A stretch of 32,000 nt of DNA from the NCBI GenBank assembly GCA_000175855.1, contig ACYB01000031.1, positions 90,001 through 122,000 of the forward strand, read 5' to 3'. Under the pieces are notes generated by a model. The model did not search any database. It was given only the letters and a program-made list of their open reading frames with translations, and was not told the DNA's origin. A program made the position numbers and the translations under genes. Each line of letters starts with the position of its first letter. The stretch's first letter is position 1. Source of the stretch: Raphidiopsis brookii D9 (GTDB taxonomy: Bacteria > Cyanobacteriota > Cyanobacteriia > Cyanobacteriales > Nostocaceae). Below, piece by piece: positions 18,698-28,819 of the stretch.

Positions 18698-19495
18698 CTA
18701 TTTTTTATCCCCAATACCTGACCAAGAGAACTGAGGATTAAACCAGATCACATCAACGACCATGGTTAGGGGCGCTAGACTAAACAAAGCCCAAAAGACT
18801 GCTGTAGGAAGGTAAAAATAATTACGCAAAATGAAAGTCACCAAGGCAATCAATCCAGACCAAAGGACGCGTCCAGCAGTAGCATCAGGTATAGAGCGAG
18901 GATCGGTGACCATGAACAAAGCAAATAGCAATAAAGATCCACTGGTCAACCGATGTAAATAAACATCCCAGGTCCAACCTAACCAAAGATTACGAAGAGC
19001 TTCCAAGAGAGAATATACACCCAAAAAAGCTGCTGTTGTATCCCAACGACCAACCTTGTTTAAAATCATACTTCCACCTCCCACAAACAACAGACCATAC
19101 CACCACTCTTCCCCCCACTGACCAGGAGATACCCACGCATCAGAGGTGAGAGATAGGGCAGTAACAATACCGAAATTAGCGGGATTAAAGAAGTGTTTGT
19201 CACGGACTTGAAAAACAAATTTGCTACCTATTGCTGTTGTAGCAGCTAAAACTATTGTTGTCCACTGGTCAGATCTCAGCAATAAACTAATTCCCAGGGA
19301 GGTAATTAGGGGACTGCGGATGTTGATCTTTGTTGTTGGTAAAATGATGGAGGATAATATCCATTGGGTCAATAAGCAAGTGACTAGAGAAACTAAAATG
19401 AATTGTGGATGGAAGGTCCAATCCCTGGTACTAATTCCTAAAATTAGGAATAGACCGAGAAACAGAATTTGGTAGTCTCGAACATCTTGCAGCAT
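18698..19495 (-). CDS. Polytopic membrane protein, RnfD/NqrB-like superfamily (tentative)
   Basis: 265 aa, about 8 TM helices. Motifs: RDYQILFLGLFLILG, SPLITSLGISLLLRS, AIGSKFVFQVRDKHFFNPANFGI, WVSPGQWG, LFALFMVTDPRS. Its ATG lies 6 nt after the lipB stop. Confidence 0.5.
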   Translation of the reverse strand: MLQDVRDYQILFLGLFLILGISTRDWTFHPQFILVSLVTCLLTQWILSSIILPTTKINIRSPLITSLGISLLLRSDQWTTIVLAATTAIGSKFVFQVRDKHFFNPANFGIVTALSLTSDAWVSPGQWGEEWWYGLLFVGGGSMILNKVGRWDTTAAFLGVYSLLEALRNLWLGWTWDVYLHRLTSGSLLLFALFMVTDPRSIPDATAGRVLWSGLIALVTFILRNYFYLPTAVFWALFSLAPLTMVVDVIWFNPQFSWSGIGDKK

Positions 19496-19501
19496 GGTGA
19501 T

Positions 19502-20176
19502 CTAAACCATCTTCATATCCTGCAATTTTACCCCAAAAACCTTGGCAAAATACTCAGCTACCCGGGGACGTACTGCCAAACAGTCAATATGGGGAATCCA
19601 CTCAGCTAAACTGGCAACCTTTTTATCTTTAATCCCACAAGGCACAATCTTTTCAAAACCTGTCATGTCAGGACAAACATTTAAAGCAAACCCATGCATA
19701 GTTACCCAACGACTGACTTTAATCCCTATAGCAGCAACTTTTTTGCCTTCCACCCAAACACCCGTTAAACCGGAGATCCTTTCCCCTACTAAACCATAAC
19801 TGGCTAAAACATCAATTAATACCTGTTCTAGTTGGCGCAAGTACCAATGCAGGTCTTGACAATAACGACGCAAGTTTAAAATCGGATACCCTACCAGTTG
19901 TCCTGGACAGTGGTAGGTCACTTCCCCACCTCTTTCTACCCAATGCACATTGTACTGACTTTTGTCAAGATCAAATTTGAGAAAGTTAGGATTTGCACTC
20001 TGTCCCAAGGTATAGACTGGAGGGTGTTCTACCAGAATAATTACATCCTCTAAATCACTATTCTCAATCCGCTCCTGGAGTAACTGTCTTTGCCATACAA
20101 GAACATCCAGGTATGGTGTTAATCCTCTATTGTACAATAAACAACGATTTGGGGAGATTGGCGAATTATCACTCAT
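19502..20176 (-). CDS. lipB: Lipoyl(octanoyl) transferase
   Basis: Motifs: [68 protein letters not shown]. Confidence 0.9.
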   Translation of the reverse strand: MSDNSPISPNRCLLYNRGLTPYLDVLVWQRQLLQERIENSDLEDVIILVEHPPVYTLGQSANPNFLKFDLDKSQYNVHWVERGGEVTYHCPGQLVGYPILNLRRYCQDLHWYLRQLEQVLIDVLASYGLVGERISGLTGVWVEGKKVAAIGIKVSRWVTMHGFALNVCPDMTGFEKIVPCGIKDKKVASLAEWIPHIDCLAVRPRVAEYFAKVFGVKLQDMKMV

Positions 20177-20460
20177 GACTAAATCAAGAACTAAATAAAT
20201 AGACTATATAGACCTTTACAGGGCGATCGCTCCATTTACCCACAGTCAGGATCAAAAAAATGTCAAGTAATGCAAAGTATTTTAAAGTAAAGTCAACGAA
20301 GTAACTTTCTTACCGAAAAGGTGTTAACCTAAACATATAGAATATATAACCTCAAAGATGTTGGGAGGAATAATCGGCAATAAGTGTCTCTTATATGTGG
20401 GAGCTTAATTTTGGATCTCCACCATTTAAGAAAATAAACAAGTTTAGCGGGAGAGTTTAC

Positions 20461-21087
20461 ATGAACCTTGTCATCCACGGCAAAAATATTGAAATCACCG
20501 GTGCAATACGTGAGTATGTACATCAGAAAATTGAAAAAGCAGTTAGTCACTTTCAAAATGTCACAAATCAGGTAGATATACATCTGAGTGTGGCTCGCAA
20601 TCCCAGAATTAGTACCAAGCAAGCAGCAGAGGTAACAATTTACGCTAATGGTAGTGTGATTCGAGCGGAAGAGAGCAGTGAGAGTCTATATGCGAGTATA
20701 GACTTGGTGGCGGATAAAATAGCACGTCAGTTGCGTAAGTATAAAGAGAGAAGGCAAGACCATAAAACCCAGCCCATATCCACAAATGAGGCATTAGTTT
20801 CTGAACCAGTGACCGATTTAATAGCTGGTCGAACTCCTGAACTACCTGGTGAGGTAGTAAGAACCAAGTATTTTTCCATGCCACCTATGACAGTGGCCCA
20901 GGCACAGGAACAGTTGCAGTTGGTGGGACATGATTTTTACATGTTCCGCAATGCGGAGAGTGGAGAAATCAATGTGATCTATGAGCGTAATCATGGTGGA
21001 TATGGGGTAATCCAACCCCGTAACGGGAATGGACACACCAACGGTAAAACCTCTAGCACTTCTGAAAAGTCTAAAGTGGTGAATTAG
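20461..21087 (+). CDS. hpf: Ribosome hibernation promoting factor, long form (LrtA-type)
   Basis: GGGAGAG SD just upstream of ATG 20461. [28 protein letters not shown]...[16 protein letters not shown]...[23 protein letters not shown]-terminal dimerisation domain: [53 protein letters not shown]. Confidence 0.9.
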   Translation: MNLVIHGKNIEITGAIREYVHQKIEKAVSHFQNVTNQVDIHLSVARNPRISTKQAAEVTIYANGSVIRAEESSESLYASIDLVADKIARQLRKYKERRQDHKTQPISTNEALVSEPVTDLIAGRTPELPGEVVRTKYFSMPPMTVAQAQEQLQLVGHDFYMFRNAESGEINVIYERNHGGYGVIQPRNGNGHTNGKTSSTSEKSKVVN

Positions 21088-21213
21088 GGAGAATTGTGGA
21101 GCAATCATGTTATCGCGTCTGGCTAAGGCGTGCAAGTCTACTGAGGGATAACCGCTCGCTCCCGTTGAAGTAGAAAGTAAAGTCTAGTTTTATCTAGGTT
21201 TTATATAGCAGAC

Positions 21214-21241
21214 TGGTGATAGGAAATCTCACCCATCACCA
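21214..21241. terminator. Hairpin between the convergent hpf and prxQ genes
   Basis: TGGTGATAGG-aaatctca-CCCATCACCA (9 bp plus 1 mismatch), 14 nt beyond the prxQ stop. No clear U-tract. Confidence 0.3.
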
Positions 21242-21254
21242 ATCAATATCACTG

Positions 21255-21716
21255 TTATGTGGCAGAAAGCTGTTGAAGTTTTTTCAGGCTTTCTTGAACA
21301 TGACCGTTAAAGTTTAGCATAGAGTCAAACACATATTGCACAATACCATTTTGATCGATGACATAGGTTACCCGACCAGGTATCCAACCAAAAGCAGTGG
21401 TTGCTCCGTATTGTTTTCTAACTTGATCGCCCGGATCGCTCAATAGGGTAAAAGGCAATTTGTATTTGGTTGCGAATCTTTGGTGGGACTCATTGGAGTC
21501 ACCACTGATACCGATAACCTCCGCGCCAGCAGTTTTAAATACTTCATATTGGTCTCGGAAGGCGCAAGATTCCGCAGTGCAACCGGGAGTGTCGTCCTTA
21601 GGGTAAAAATAGAGGATGACCACCTTTTTGCCGCGAAAATCTCTCAAGCTGATGGTAGAGCCATTTTGAGAAGTTAGACTAAATTCTGGTGCAGAATCCC
21701 CGATTTTGATGGACAT
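21255..21716 (-). CDS. Thioredoxin-dependent peroxiredoxin (BCP/PrxQ)
   Basis: Motifs: VVILYFYPKDDTPGCTAESCAFRD (peroxidatic and resolving Cys spaced by 4), GISGDS, FTLLSDPG. Confidence 0.88.
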   Translation of the reverse strand: MSIKIGDSAPEFSLTSQNGSTISLRDFRGKKVVILYFYPKDDTPGCTAESCAFRDQYEVFKTAGAEVIGISGDSNESHQRFATKYKLPFTLLSDPGDQVRKQYGATTAFGWIPGRVTYVIDQNGIVQYVFDSMLNFNGHVQESLKKLQQLSAT

Positions 21717-21807
21717 ATTTAAAAGTTAAAAAGTTAACTAGACTGATTAAAATTCTACAATATAATCTTCCCAGTTTCTAACCCCAAAACAATATAATCT
21801 GTACTCT

Positions 21808-22935
21808 ATGCGTCTAATCTCTTTAGATGTTTTTCGTGGATTGACAATTGCAATGATGATTATTGCTAATATGGCGGGTGTTGCACCAGATGTCTATCCT
21901 TTTCTTTCCCATGCATTATGGAATGGTTGTACGCCAACGGACTTAGTCTATCCCTTTTTTTTATTTATTGTTGGGGTGGCTATGAGCTTTTCCCTGTCTA
22001 AATATAGTTTGGAGAGTAAGTTAGATAAATTTGTTTATTTCAATTTGTGCCGTCGTGCAGTAATACTATTTACCTTAGGATTGCTACTAAACGGTTTTTG
22101 GAATCAAGGCGTTGGCAGTTTTGATTTACAAAGTTTACGAGTGATGGGGGTATTGCAAAGAATTAGTTTAGCCTACTTGGTTGCTTCTTTAATAGTTTTA
22201 AAATTTCCAGAAAAAACTCAATGGGCATTAGCGGGAATACTGCTGATATTTTATTGGTTGACCATGATGTATATTCCCGTTCCTGATTATGGTGCGGGTA
22301 TGCTCACCAGAGAGGGAAATTTCGGGGCGTTTATTGATAGATTGATTATTGCTAAACCCCATTTATATGCAGGAGATGGGTTTAACTTCAGGGGTGATCC
22401 AGAAGGGTTATTTAGTACAATTCCTGCAATAGTCAATGTTCTCTTTGGGTATTTTGCCGGACAATGGATGAGAAAAAGCACTATTAACTCCCATACTAGT
22501 ATGGATTTAGTCCTGTGGGGATTATGTAGTTTAGTCGTGGGTATGATTTGGGATGGTTTATTTCCCATTAATAAAAAACTCTGGACAAGTTCCTACGTTT
22601 TGTTTAGTACTGGTTGGGGGTTAGTTTTTTTGGCAGCGTGTTATGATCTAATAGAGGTGAGAAAAATTAAACGTTGGAGCAAAGGATTTGAAATTATCGG
22701 ACTAAATGCGATCGCCCTGTTTGTTGCATCAGTTTTTCTCATTAAAGTTACCGTAAAATTGAAAATTGGTGAAGGAGAGAATGCCATAAGCGTATACAAT
22801 TGGATTTACCGCAATCTGTTTGCTTCCTGGGTAGGTAATACCAACGGATCATTTTTATTTGCACTTGCTACCCTATTATTGTGGTACGGTTTAGCATTTT
22901 TCATGTATCGACAACGTTGGTTTATCAAAGTATAG
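21808..22935 (+). CDS. DUF5009/DUF1624 acyltransferase-like membrane protein (heparan-alpha-glucosaminide N-acetyltransferase-like)
   Basis: MRLISLDVFRGLTIAMMIIAN. VLQRISLAYLVASL. About 11 TM helices. Confidence 0.65.
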   Translation: MRLISLDVFRGLTIAMMIIANMAGVAPDVYPFLSHALWNGCTPTDLVYPFFLFIVGVAMSFSLSKYSLESKLDKFVYFNLCRRAVILFTLGLLLNGFWNQGVGSFDLQSLRVMGVLQRISLAYLVASLIVLKFPEKTQWALAGILLIFYWLTMMYIPVPDYGAGMLTREGNFGAFIDRLIIAKPHLYAGDGFNFRGDPEGLFSTIPAIVNVLFGYFAGQWMRKSTINSHTSMDLVLWGLCSLVVGMIWDGLFPINKKLWTSSYVLFSTGWGLVFLAACYDLIEVRKIKRWSKGFEIIGLNAIALFVASVFLIKVTVKLKIGEGENAISVYNWIYRNLFASWVGNTNGSFLFALATLLLWYGLAFFMYRQRWFIKV

Positions 22936-22964
22936 AGAATACAGAATAAAATGGAGGTATAACC

Positions 22965-23534
22965 ATGGAAGTGAAAGAACTGCTAAATAGATACGCTAGG
23001 GGAGAAAGAAACTTCAATGGTATTTGCTTGCGAGCAGTCAATCTCAGGGGAGTTAATTTAGGTGGTATTGACTTTGCTAGAGCAGATCTAAGTTGGTCCG
23101 ATATGACTGGAATTTCCTTAAGTGGAGCGAATTTAAGCCAGGCCAATCTGCGAGGTGCAAAACTAGAAAATGCCCATTTATCCGAAGTAATTTTGTGTGG
23201 AGCTGATTTGACTCAGGCTGTACTAATCAGTGCTCATTTAAATGATTCCGATCTTAGTGGAGCATTACTAGTAGATGCAAATCTGTGTGATGCTGATTTA
23301 CATCAAGCATCAATCACAGCTGCCAACTTACAAAGTGCCAAATTGAATGGTGCAAAAATGGGCGGTGTGCGGATGTGGAAAGCTGACCTACAAGGAGCGG
23401 ATCTAACCGGTGCGGATTTAAGTGAAGCCAATATGTGTGGAGTTAATTTTTCCATGGCAAATTTAAGTGCTACTGACATGAGTGAAACTTTTTTAACTGG
23501 TGCGATTATGCCAGATGGTAGTCTTCACAGTTAG
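22965..23534 (+). CDS. Pentapeptide repeat protein
   Basis: About 30 consecutive A(D/N)LxX pentapeptides (ADLSW SDMTG ISLSG ANLSQ ANLRG AKLEN AHLSE ...). Confidence 0.9.
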   Translation: MEVKELLNRYARGERNFNGICLRAVNLRGVNLGGIDFARADLSWSDMTGISLSGANLSQANLRGAKLENAHLSEVILCGADLTQAVLISAHLNDSDLSGALLVDANLCDADLHQASITAANLQSAKLNGAKMGGVRMWKADLQGADLTGADLSEANMCGVNFSMANLSATDMSETFLTGAIMPDGSLHS

Positions 23535-23647
23535 TTATGCACTTAGGATAATATATAGGTACGGAAGCTTATAGCTTATGCAGTGATTAAATCCAATGAT
23601 ATTGTCATTGCTTAAAGATTAGATTGATCTACCCATAGTTACTGACC

Positions 23648-25810
23648 ATGATGCAGTATCCTGATTTAGAAAAAGAATTAAAAAAATACTTTGGTTATGA
23701 CCAATTTCGTCCTGGACAAAGACAAATTATAGAAGACGCACTAGAAAACCGTGATTTAATGGTAGTTATGCCTACGGGAGGTGGAAAGTCCCTATGTTTT
23801 CAATTACCAGCTCTTTTGAAACCAGGTTTAACAGTCGTAGTATCTCCCCTGATAGCATTAATGCAAGATCAGGTGGAAGCACTAAGAAATAATAATATTT
23901 CTGCCACTCTTATTAATAGCAGTCTCACCACTTATCAAGTTCGCTCTCGGGAAGAAGCGATCATGAATGGTAAGGTAAAATTATTATATGTAGCTCCAGA
24001 AAGATTAGTCAGTGAGAGATTTTTGCCCATTTTAGATGTGGTTAAAGAAAAGTTTGGTCTGGCTAACTTTGTCATTGATGAAGCTCATTGTGTTTCCGAG
24101 TGGGGTCACGATTTTCGTCCAGAATATAGACAATTAATCTTGCTGAGGAAGCGATTTTCTCATGTTCCCACCATAGCTCTAACCGCAACTGCTACTGATA
24201 GAGTTAGAGCTGATATTATCCAACAGTTAGGATTGAAACAACCAGCAGTTCACATTGCTAGTTTTAACCGACAGAACCTGTACTATGAAGTGCGTCCTAA
24301 AAATAGAAATTCCTATGGGGAAATATTAGAGATTATTAAAAAAAATGAGGGTTCAGGAATTATTTACTGTCTAACCCGTAAGAACGTAGATGAACTAACC
24401 TTAAAACTACAGAATAGTCAAATTGCCGCTTTACCCTATCACGCAGGTTTAGTGGATCAAGAAAGAGCGAAAAACCAAACTCGATTTATCCGTGATGATG
24501 TACGAATTATGGTGGCAACTATTGCCTTTGGCATGGGTATTAATAAACCTGATGTACGGTTTGTCATTCACTGTGACTTGCCCAGAAATTTAGAAAGTTA
24601 TTATCAGGAGTCAGGTCGCGCTGGAAGGGATGGAGAACCCTCTCGATGTACCTTATTTTTCAGTTTTAGTGATGTGAAAACTATTGAATGGAGTATAGGT
24701 AAGAAAACCGATCCCCAAGAACAGCTGATTGCTAAACAGCAGTTAAGACAAGTGATAGATTATGCTGAAGGAACGGACTGTAGACGAACAATTCAATTAG
24801 GGTATTTTGGGGAAAGATTTCCGGGTGGTTGTGCTAATTGTGATAATTGCCGTTATCCCAAACCTTTGCAAGATTGGACTGTGGAAGCAATGAAGTTTTT
24901 ATCTTGTGTAGCACGATGTCAGGAAAAATATGGGATGAATCATATTATTGATGTGTTAAGAGGGGCGAAAAATCAAAAGATTTCTTTGCATAAACACGAT
25001 CAACTTTCTACCTATGGTATAGGAAAAGATAAAACAGCAGATGAATGGAAAATGTTATGCAGATCTTTGTTGCACCAAGGGTTATTGGAACAAACCCATG
25101 ATGGCTATTCGGTGTTAAAATTAAATGCCTTAAGTTGGGAGGTGATGCGAAAACAACGACAGGTTTTGATTGCTGCTCCGGTATATCAAAAGGCTGACTT
25201 AGTCGCTATTAATACTAAGGCTTTGGATATAGAAGCTCTGATGAATGAACTCAGATACCTACGAAAACAAATTGCTGATGAACTGGGTTTAGCTCCCTAC
25301 ATTATTTTTCAGGATTCGACCGTAAGACTAATGGCCCAAATCAAACCTAGGACTCTAGAAGAGTTAGGACAAATTTCTGGGGTGGTTAGTTATAAGGTCA
25401 ACCAATATGGAGAAAGGTTTTTGGCAGTTATTCAATCCTATATTCAAGAACAAAGTTGGCAACCACCAAAAAAGAGTGATGATGATCTGATAACTAATAC
25501 AGAATCAACTACCTTGGAATTGCACCAGCAAGGATTTACTATTGAACAAATTGCCCAAAAACGGAATATGAAAACTGCTACTATTATTCGTCATCTCTCA
25601 GACCTGATAGAAAAAAAACAACCTGTTGATTTGAATTTGTTAATACCTTTGGATAGACAGAAAAAAATTTGGCAGGTTATAGATGTGTTGGGTGACATTA
25701 ATTTGGCCCCCATTCGAGATTATTTGGGTGAGAGTTATAGCTATAATGAGATTCGCCTAATCAGAGCTAGATGGCGAAGGGAAAATCGTAAAAATCTGTC
25801 CCCTAAATAG
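23648..25810 (+). CDS. recQ: ATP-dependent DNA helicase RecQ (helicase, RQC, HRDC and C-terminal HTH extension)
   Basis: Motifs: FGYDQFRPGQRQII, PTGGGKSLCFQLPAL, DEAHCVSEWGHDFRPEY, TATAT, VATIAFGMGINKPDVRFVIH, YYQESGRAGRDG, Zn cluster CRR...C.NCDNC. HRDC around LRKQIADELGLAPYIIF. Confidence 0.93.
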   Translation: MMQYPDLEKELKKYFGYDQFRPGQRQIIEDALENRDLMVVMPTGGGKSLCFQLPALLKPGLTVVVSPLIALMQDQVEALRNNNISATLINSSLTTYQVRSREEAIMNGKVKLLYVAPERLVSERFLPILDVVKEKFGLANFVIDEAHCVSEWGHDFRPEYRQLILLRKRFSHVPTIALTATATDRVRADIIQQLGLKQPAVHIASFNRQNLYYEVRPKNRNSYGEILEIIKKNEGSGIIYCLTRKNVDELTLKLQNSQIAALPYHAGLVDQERAKNQTRFIRDDVRIMVATIAFGMGINKPDVRFVIHCDLPRNLESYYQESGRAGRDGEPSRCTLFFSFSDVKTIEWSIGKKTDPQEQLIAKQQLRQVIDYAEGTDCRRTIQLGYFGERFPGGCANCDNCRYPKPLQDWTVEAMKFLSCVARCQEKYGMNHIIDVLRGAKNQKISLHKHDQLSTYGIGKDKTADEWKMLCRSLLHQGLLEQTHDGYSVLKLNALSWEVMRKQRQVLIAAPVYQKADLVAINTKALDIEALMNELRYLRKQIADELGLAPYIIFQDSTVRLMAQIKPRTLEELGQISGVVSYKVNQYGERFLAVIQSYIQEQSWQPPKKSDDDLITNTESTTLELHQQGFTIEQIAQKRNMKTATIIRHLSDLIEKKQPVDLNLLIPLDRQKKIWQVIDVLGDINLAPIRDYLGESYSYNEIRLIRARWRRENRKNLSPK

Positions 25811-25828
25811 GGTTTTCAGCCACAGTTT

Positions 25829-26026
25829 TTAAAAACTACTGTTGGAGTAGGAAAATCCAGAAATTTGTTGTACTGCTTCCGTTGCGGGTTGGGATTTAGG
25901 GGTTTTAATTGGTTTGCTCTCTATTCTGGTCTTATGAATGGGAAATACAATTGAGATCAGTTTAGGCAAAACTATGCAAGCAACTGCGTTGAATAACGTA
26001 AAAGTGACGACATCCATTAGGCTCAT
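25829..26026 (-). CDS. Possible small membrane protein (65 aa), unverified
   Basis: ATG start and one hydrophobic helix (VVTFTLFNAVACIVLPKLISIVF). No family recognised; it could be non-coding. Confidence 0.2.
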   Translation of the reverse strand: MSLMDVVTFTLFNAVACIVLPKLISIVFPIHKTRIESKPIKTPKSQPATEAVQQISGFSYSNSSF

Positions 26027-26305
26027 AGATGATTCCCGGTTAATTTGGTCTTTATTGCCTCGATTTGCCTAAAATTTAGACACTCCTTAATCATCAACCA
26101 TAATTTCAAGATTACACCAACCATTTAGTTTTAAATTTCTTTTATGACCTATAAGTAAATTAAATGATTTGAGCTATGCACGTTGGAATGTCTCAATTAT
26201 TATTCACTCATCTATTTGATTAGTTTAGATTTTCATCCAAAAACCACTACCGCACTATTATATAATATGGCAAAATAAGCTATTTCTGTATACCATTTGT
26301 CAATT

Positions 26306-28320
26306 ATGCAACTTCAGCCTCCTTTTTTATCTACCTTTACAGATCGAGAAAAAAAGGCAATACAAGATTTGACTAGTTATTCTGGTGTCCATTCTTTACC
26401 AGAAATATGGCCATTAGCAGCTCAACATTTTCGCGATATCACTGCTCTATACAACCCCCATAGCAAACCAGAGGTCAAAATCACCTACTCCCAATTGTGG
26501 GATCAAATCCAGCGTTTTGCTATAGGTTTACAGGTCTTGGGGATAAACAAAAATAATGATTCCTATCCCCCACGCATTGCTCTCATAGCAGATAATAGTC
26601 CCCGTTGGTTTATCGCAGACCAAGGTATTATGACTGCTGGAGCAGTGAATGCGGTTCGTAGCTCCCAAGCTGAAAAGAATGAATTACTATATATTATCTC
26701 CCACAGTGGTAGCACCGTTGTGGTAGTTGAAGATGTTAAAACGTTAAATAAGCTAGAACCTGATTTGGGTGAGCTACCAATTAAGCTGGTCATTTTACTT
26801 TCTGATGAAACGGATATGCCTGAGTGGAATACCTTGCCGATTATAGAAACCTATTCAGTAATGAATTTTACTCAGTTGTTAAATCTGGCTAATAATTATA
26901 CTTTAACTCCTCTGACAATTGGTGGAGATGCGTTAGCGACTTTGATTTACACTTCTGGAACTACGGGTAAACCCAAGGGTGTTATGCTTTCTCATAACAA
27001 TTTATTACATCAGGTTCAAACCCTGGGAACTATAGTTCAACCCCAACCTGGTGATGTGGCTTTAAGCATTTTACCAACCTGGCATAGTTATGAACGCAGT
27101 GGCGAATATTTTTTGCTTTCTCAAGGTTGTACACAAGTATATACAAACCTGAGAATGATTAAAGAAGACTTTAAAAAATTTAAACCTAACTTTATGATTG
27201 CCGTGCCCAGACTGTGGGAGTCAATTTATGAAGGGGTGCAAAAGCAGTTTCGTGGCCAACCAGCGAAGAAACAAAAACTAATTCAATTCTTGCTAAAAAT
27301 GGGTGAAGAATATATTTTCGCTCGACGTATTGCCCAAGGATTAAGTTTAGAGCATATTGGTGCTTCAGAATGGATAAAATGGGCAGCAAAAATTAAGCAA
27401 TTGGTCTTATTACCATTACAAATATTGGGGAAAAGTTAGTTTATGCTAAAGTGCGAGAAGCTACAGGAGGAAAAATTAAGCAGGTGATTAGTGGAGGTGG
27501 GGCACTGCCTAGACACATAGATAACTTCTTTGAAATTATCGGGGTGGAGATTTTACAGGGTTATGGATTGACGGAAACTTCACCAGTAACTAATGCTCGT
27601 CGTATCTGGAGGAATTTACGTGGATCCTCGGGACAACCAATAGCAGGAACTCAGGTGAAGATAGTTCACCCAGAAACAAAAGACCCTCTACCTGCGGGGA
27701 AAATTGGCCTAGTTCTACTTAAAGGTCCCCAAGTGATGGGGGGCTATTATCAGAATTTGGAAGCTACGAAACAGGTTATTGACAATCATGGTTGGTTTAA
27801 TAGCGGTGATTTGGGTTGGGTAACACCTGAAAATGACTTGGTGCTAACTGGTAGAGCTAAGGATACTATTGTATTAAGCAATGGTGAAAATATTGAACCC
27901 CAACCTATAGAAGATGCTTGTTTGCGATCGCCCTATATTGACCAAATTATGCTGGTAGGACAGGATCAGCGCAGTCTTGGTGCTTTAATAGTTCCTAACC
28001 TAGATGCTTTGGAAAAATGGGCGGAAGTTGAGAATATCAATTTACCTACCCAGGATGATTCCACGGAAAATGAAGATCAAAAAATCGGTCAAAAAATTGA
28101 CTTAGAGAACAAAATAATTCAGGATTTATATCGGAAGGAATTAAATAGGGAGGTGCAAAATCGTCCGGGTTATAGGGCTGATGACCGCATTGGCCCCTTT
28201 AAGCTAATCCTGGAACCCTTTTCCATGGAAAATGGCATGATGACCCAAACCATGAAAATTCGTCGTCATGTTGTGGCACAAAACTATGTCAATACTATTG
28301 ACAGCATGTTTGTCAAGTAA
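26306..28320 (+). pseudogene. aas: Long-chain acyl-ACP/acyl-CoA synthetase (aas-like AMP-binding enzyme), interrupted by a frameshift
   Basis: ORF 26297-27439 contains YTSGTTGKPKGVMLSHNNLL and SILPTWHSYER. ORF 27451-28320 contains REATGGKIKQVISGGGALP, GYGLTETSPV, WFNSGDLG, TGRAKDTIVLSNGENIEP. These are the N- and C-terminal halves of one enzyme. The frames join inside ttGGGGAAAAg at 27427-27434. Confidence 0.8.
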
Positions 28321-28369
28321 GTCTAATTACAAACAATTACAAACTAGTTAGGGTGAACCTATAATCTTT

Positions 28370-28819
28370 ATGGAACTATCAAATCTGGAATTAATGCTCA
28401 AACGCGTTGTTAACGTGAAGGTGATTGTAACTCCACTATGGAAGGAGGAAGTACAACAACAATTGCAAGAACAGATCAACCAAACAGATCAGCAGTTGCA
28501 ACAACTTGACATGGAGGGGCAAAGAACAATTAGTGTTATTCAGAAACAGGGTCTGCAACCTCCCGGTCCCCAAACTATACAACAAATCGACAATATTCAA
28601 CTACAAATCAACCAGAAGAAAAGCGAATTGTTGGAACAGAAGAACCAATTATTGCAAAACCTTCAGCAAGTACAGTATTTAGATTTGGATGAGGAGGTGA
28701 ATCAGTTTCAAATGGAAAGTTTTTTCCAGGTGAAAACTGGTGATAACTTGATTAGTAAGATGCAAGTTGAAATCGTTATTCGTGATGGTGTGATTGAAGA
28801 GATTCGCGGTGAAGTCTAA
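28370..28819 (+). CDS. YlqD family-like coiled-coil protein
   Basis: LKRVVNVKVIVTPLWKEEVQQQLQEQINQTDQQLQQLDMEGQR... The pattern is recalled from cyanobacterial YlqD annotations, so the assignment is tentative. Confidence 0.5.
   Translation: MELSNLELMLKRVVNVKVIVTPLWKEEVQQQLQEQINQTDQQLQQLDMEGQRTISVIQKQGLQPPGPQTIQQIDNIQLQINQKKSELLEQKNQLLQNLQQVQYLDLDEEVNQFQMESFFQVKTGDNLISKMQVEIVIRDGVIEEIRGEV

Noticed and set aside
21088-21165. A GGGAG...CTCCC-bounded ~76-nt segment after the hpf stop, containing GTCTGGCTAAGGCG (reminiscent of a class II tRNA D-loop).
   Set aside because: It has no T-loop (TTCGAAT-like) and no consistent cloverleaf or anticodon arm. I could not fold it into a convincing RNA gene by eye. 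At most it is a weak 3'-UTR structure.
27427-27434. Programmed -1 ribosomal frameshifting at GGGGAAAA in the aas-like gene.
   Set aside because: In the upstream frame the codons are ttg-ggg-aaa, which is not a canonical X_XXY_YYZ heptamer in phase. I saw no obvious downstream stimulatory hairpin. A homopolymer indel (an error or a mutation) is the simpler explanation.
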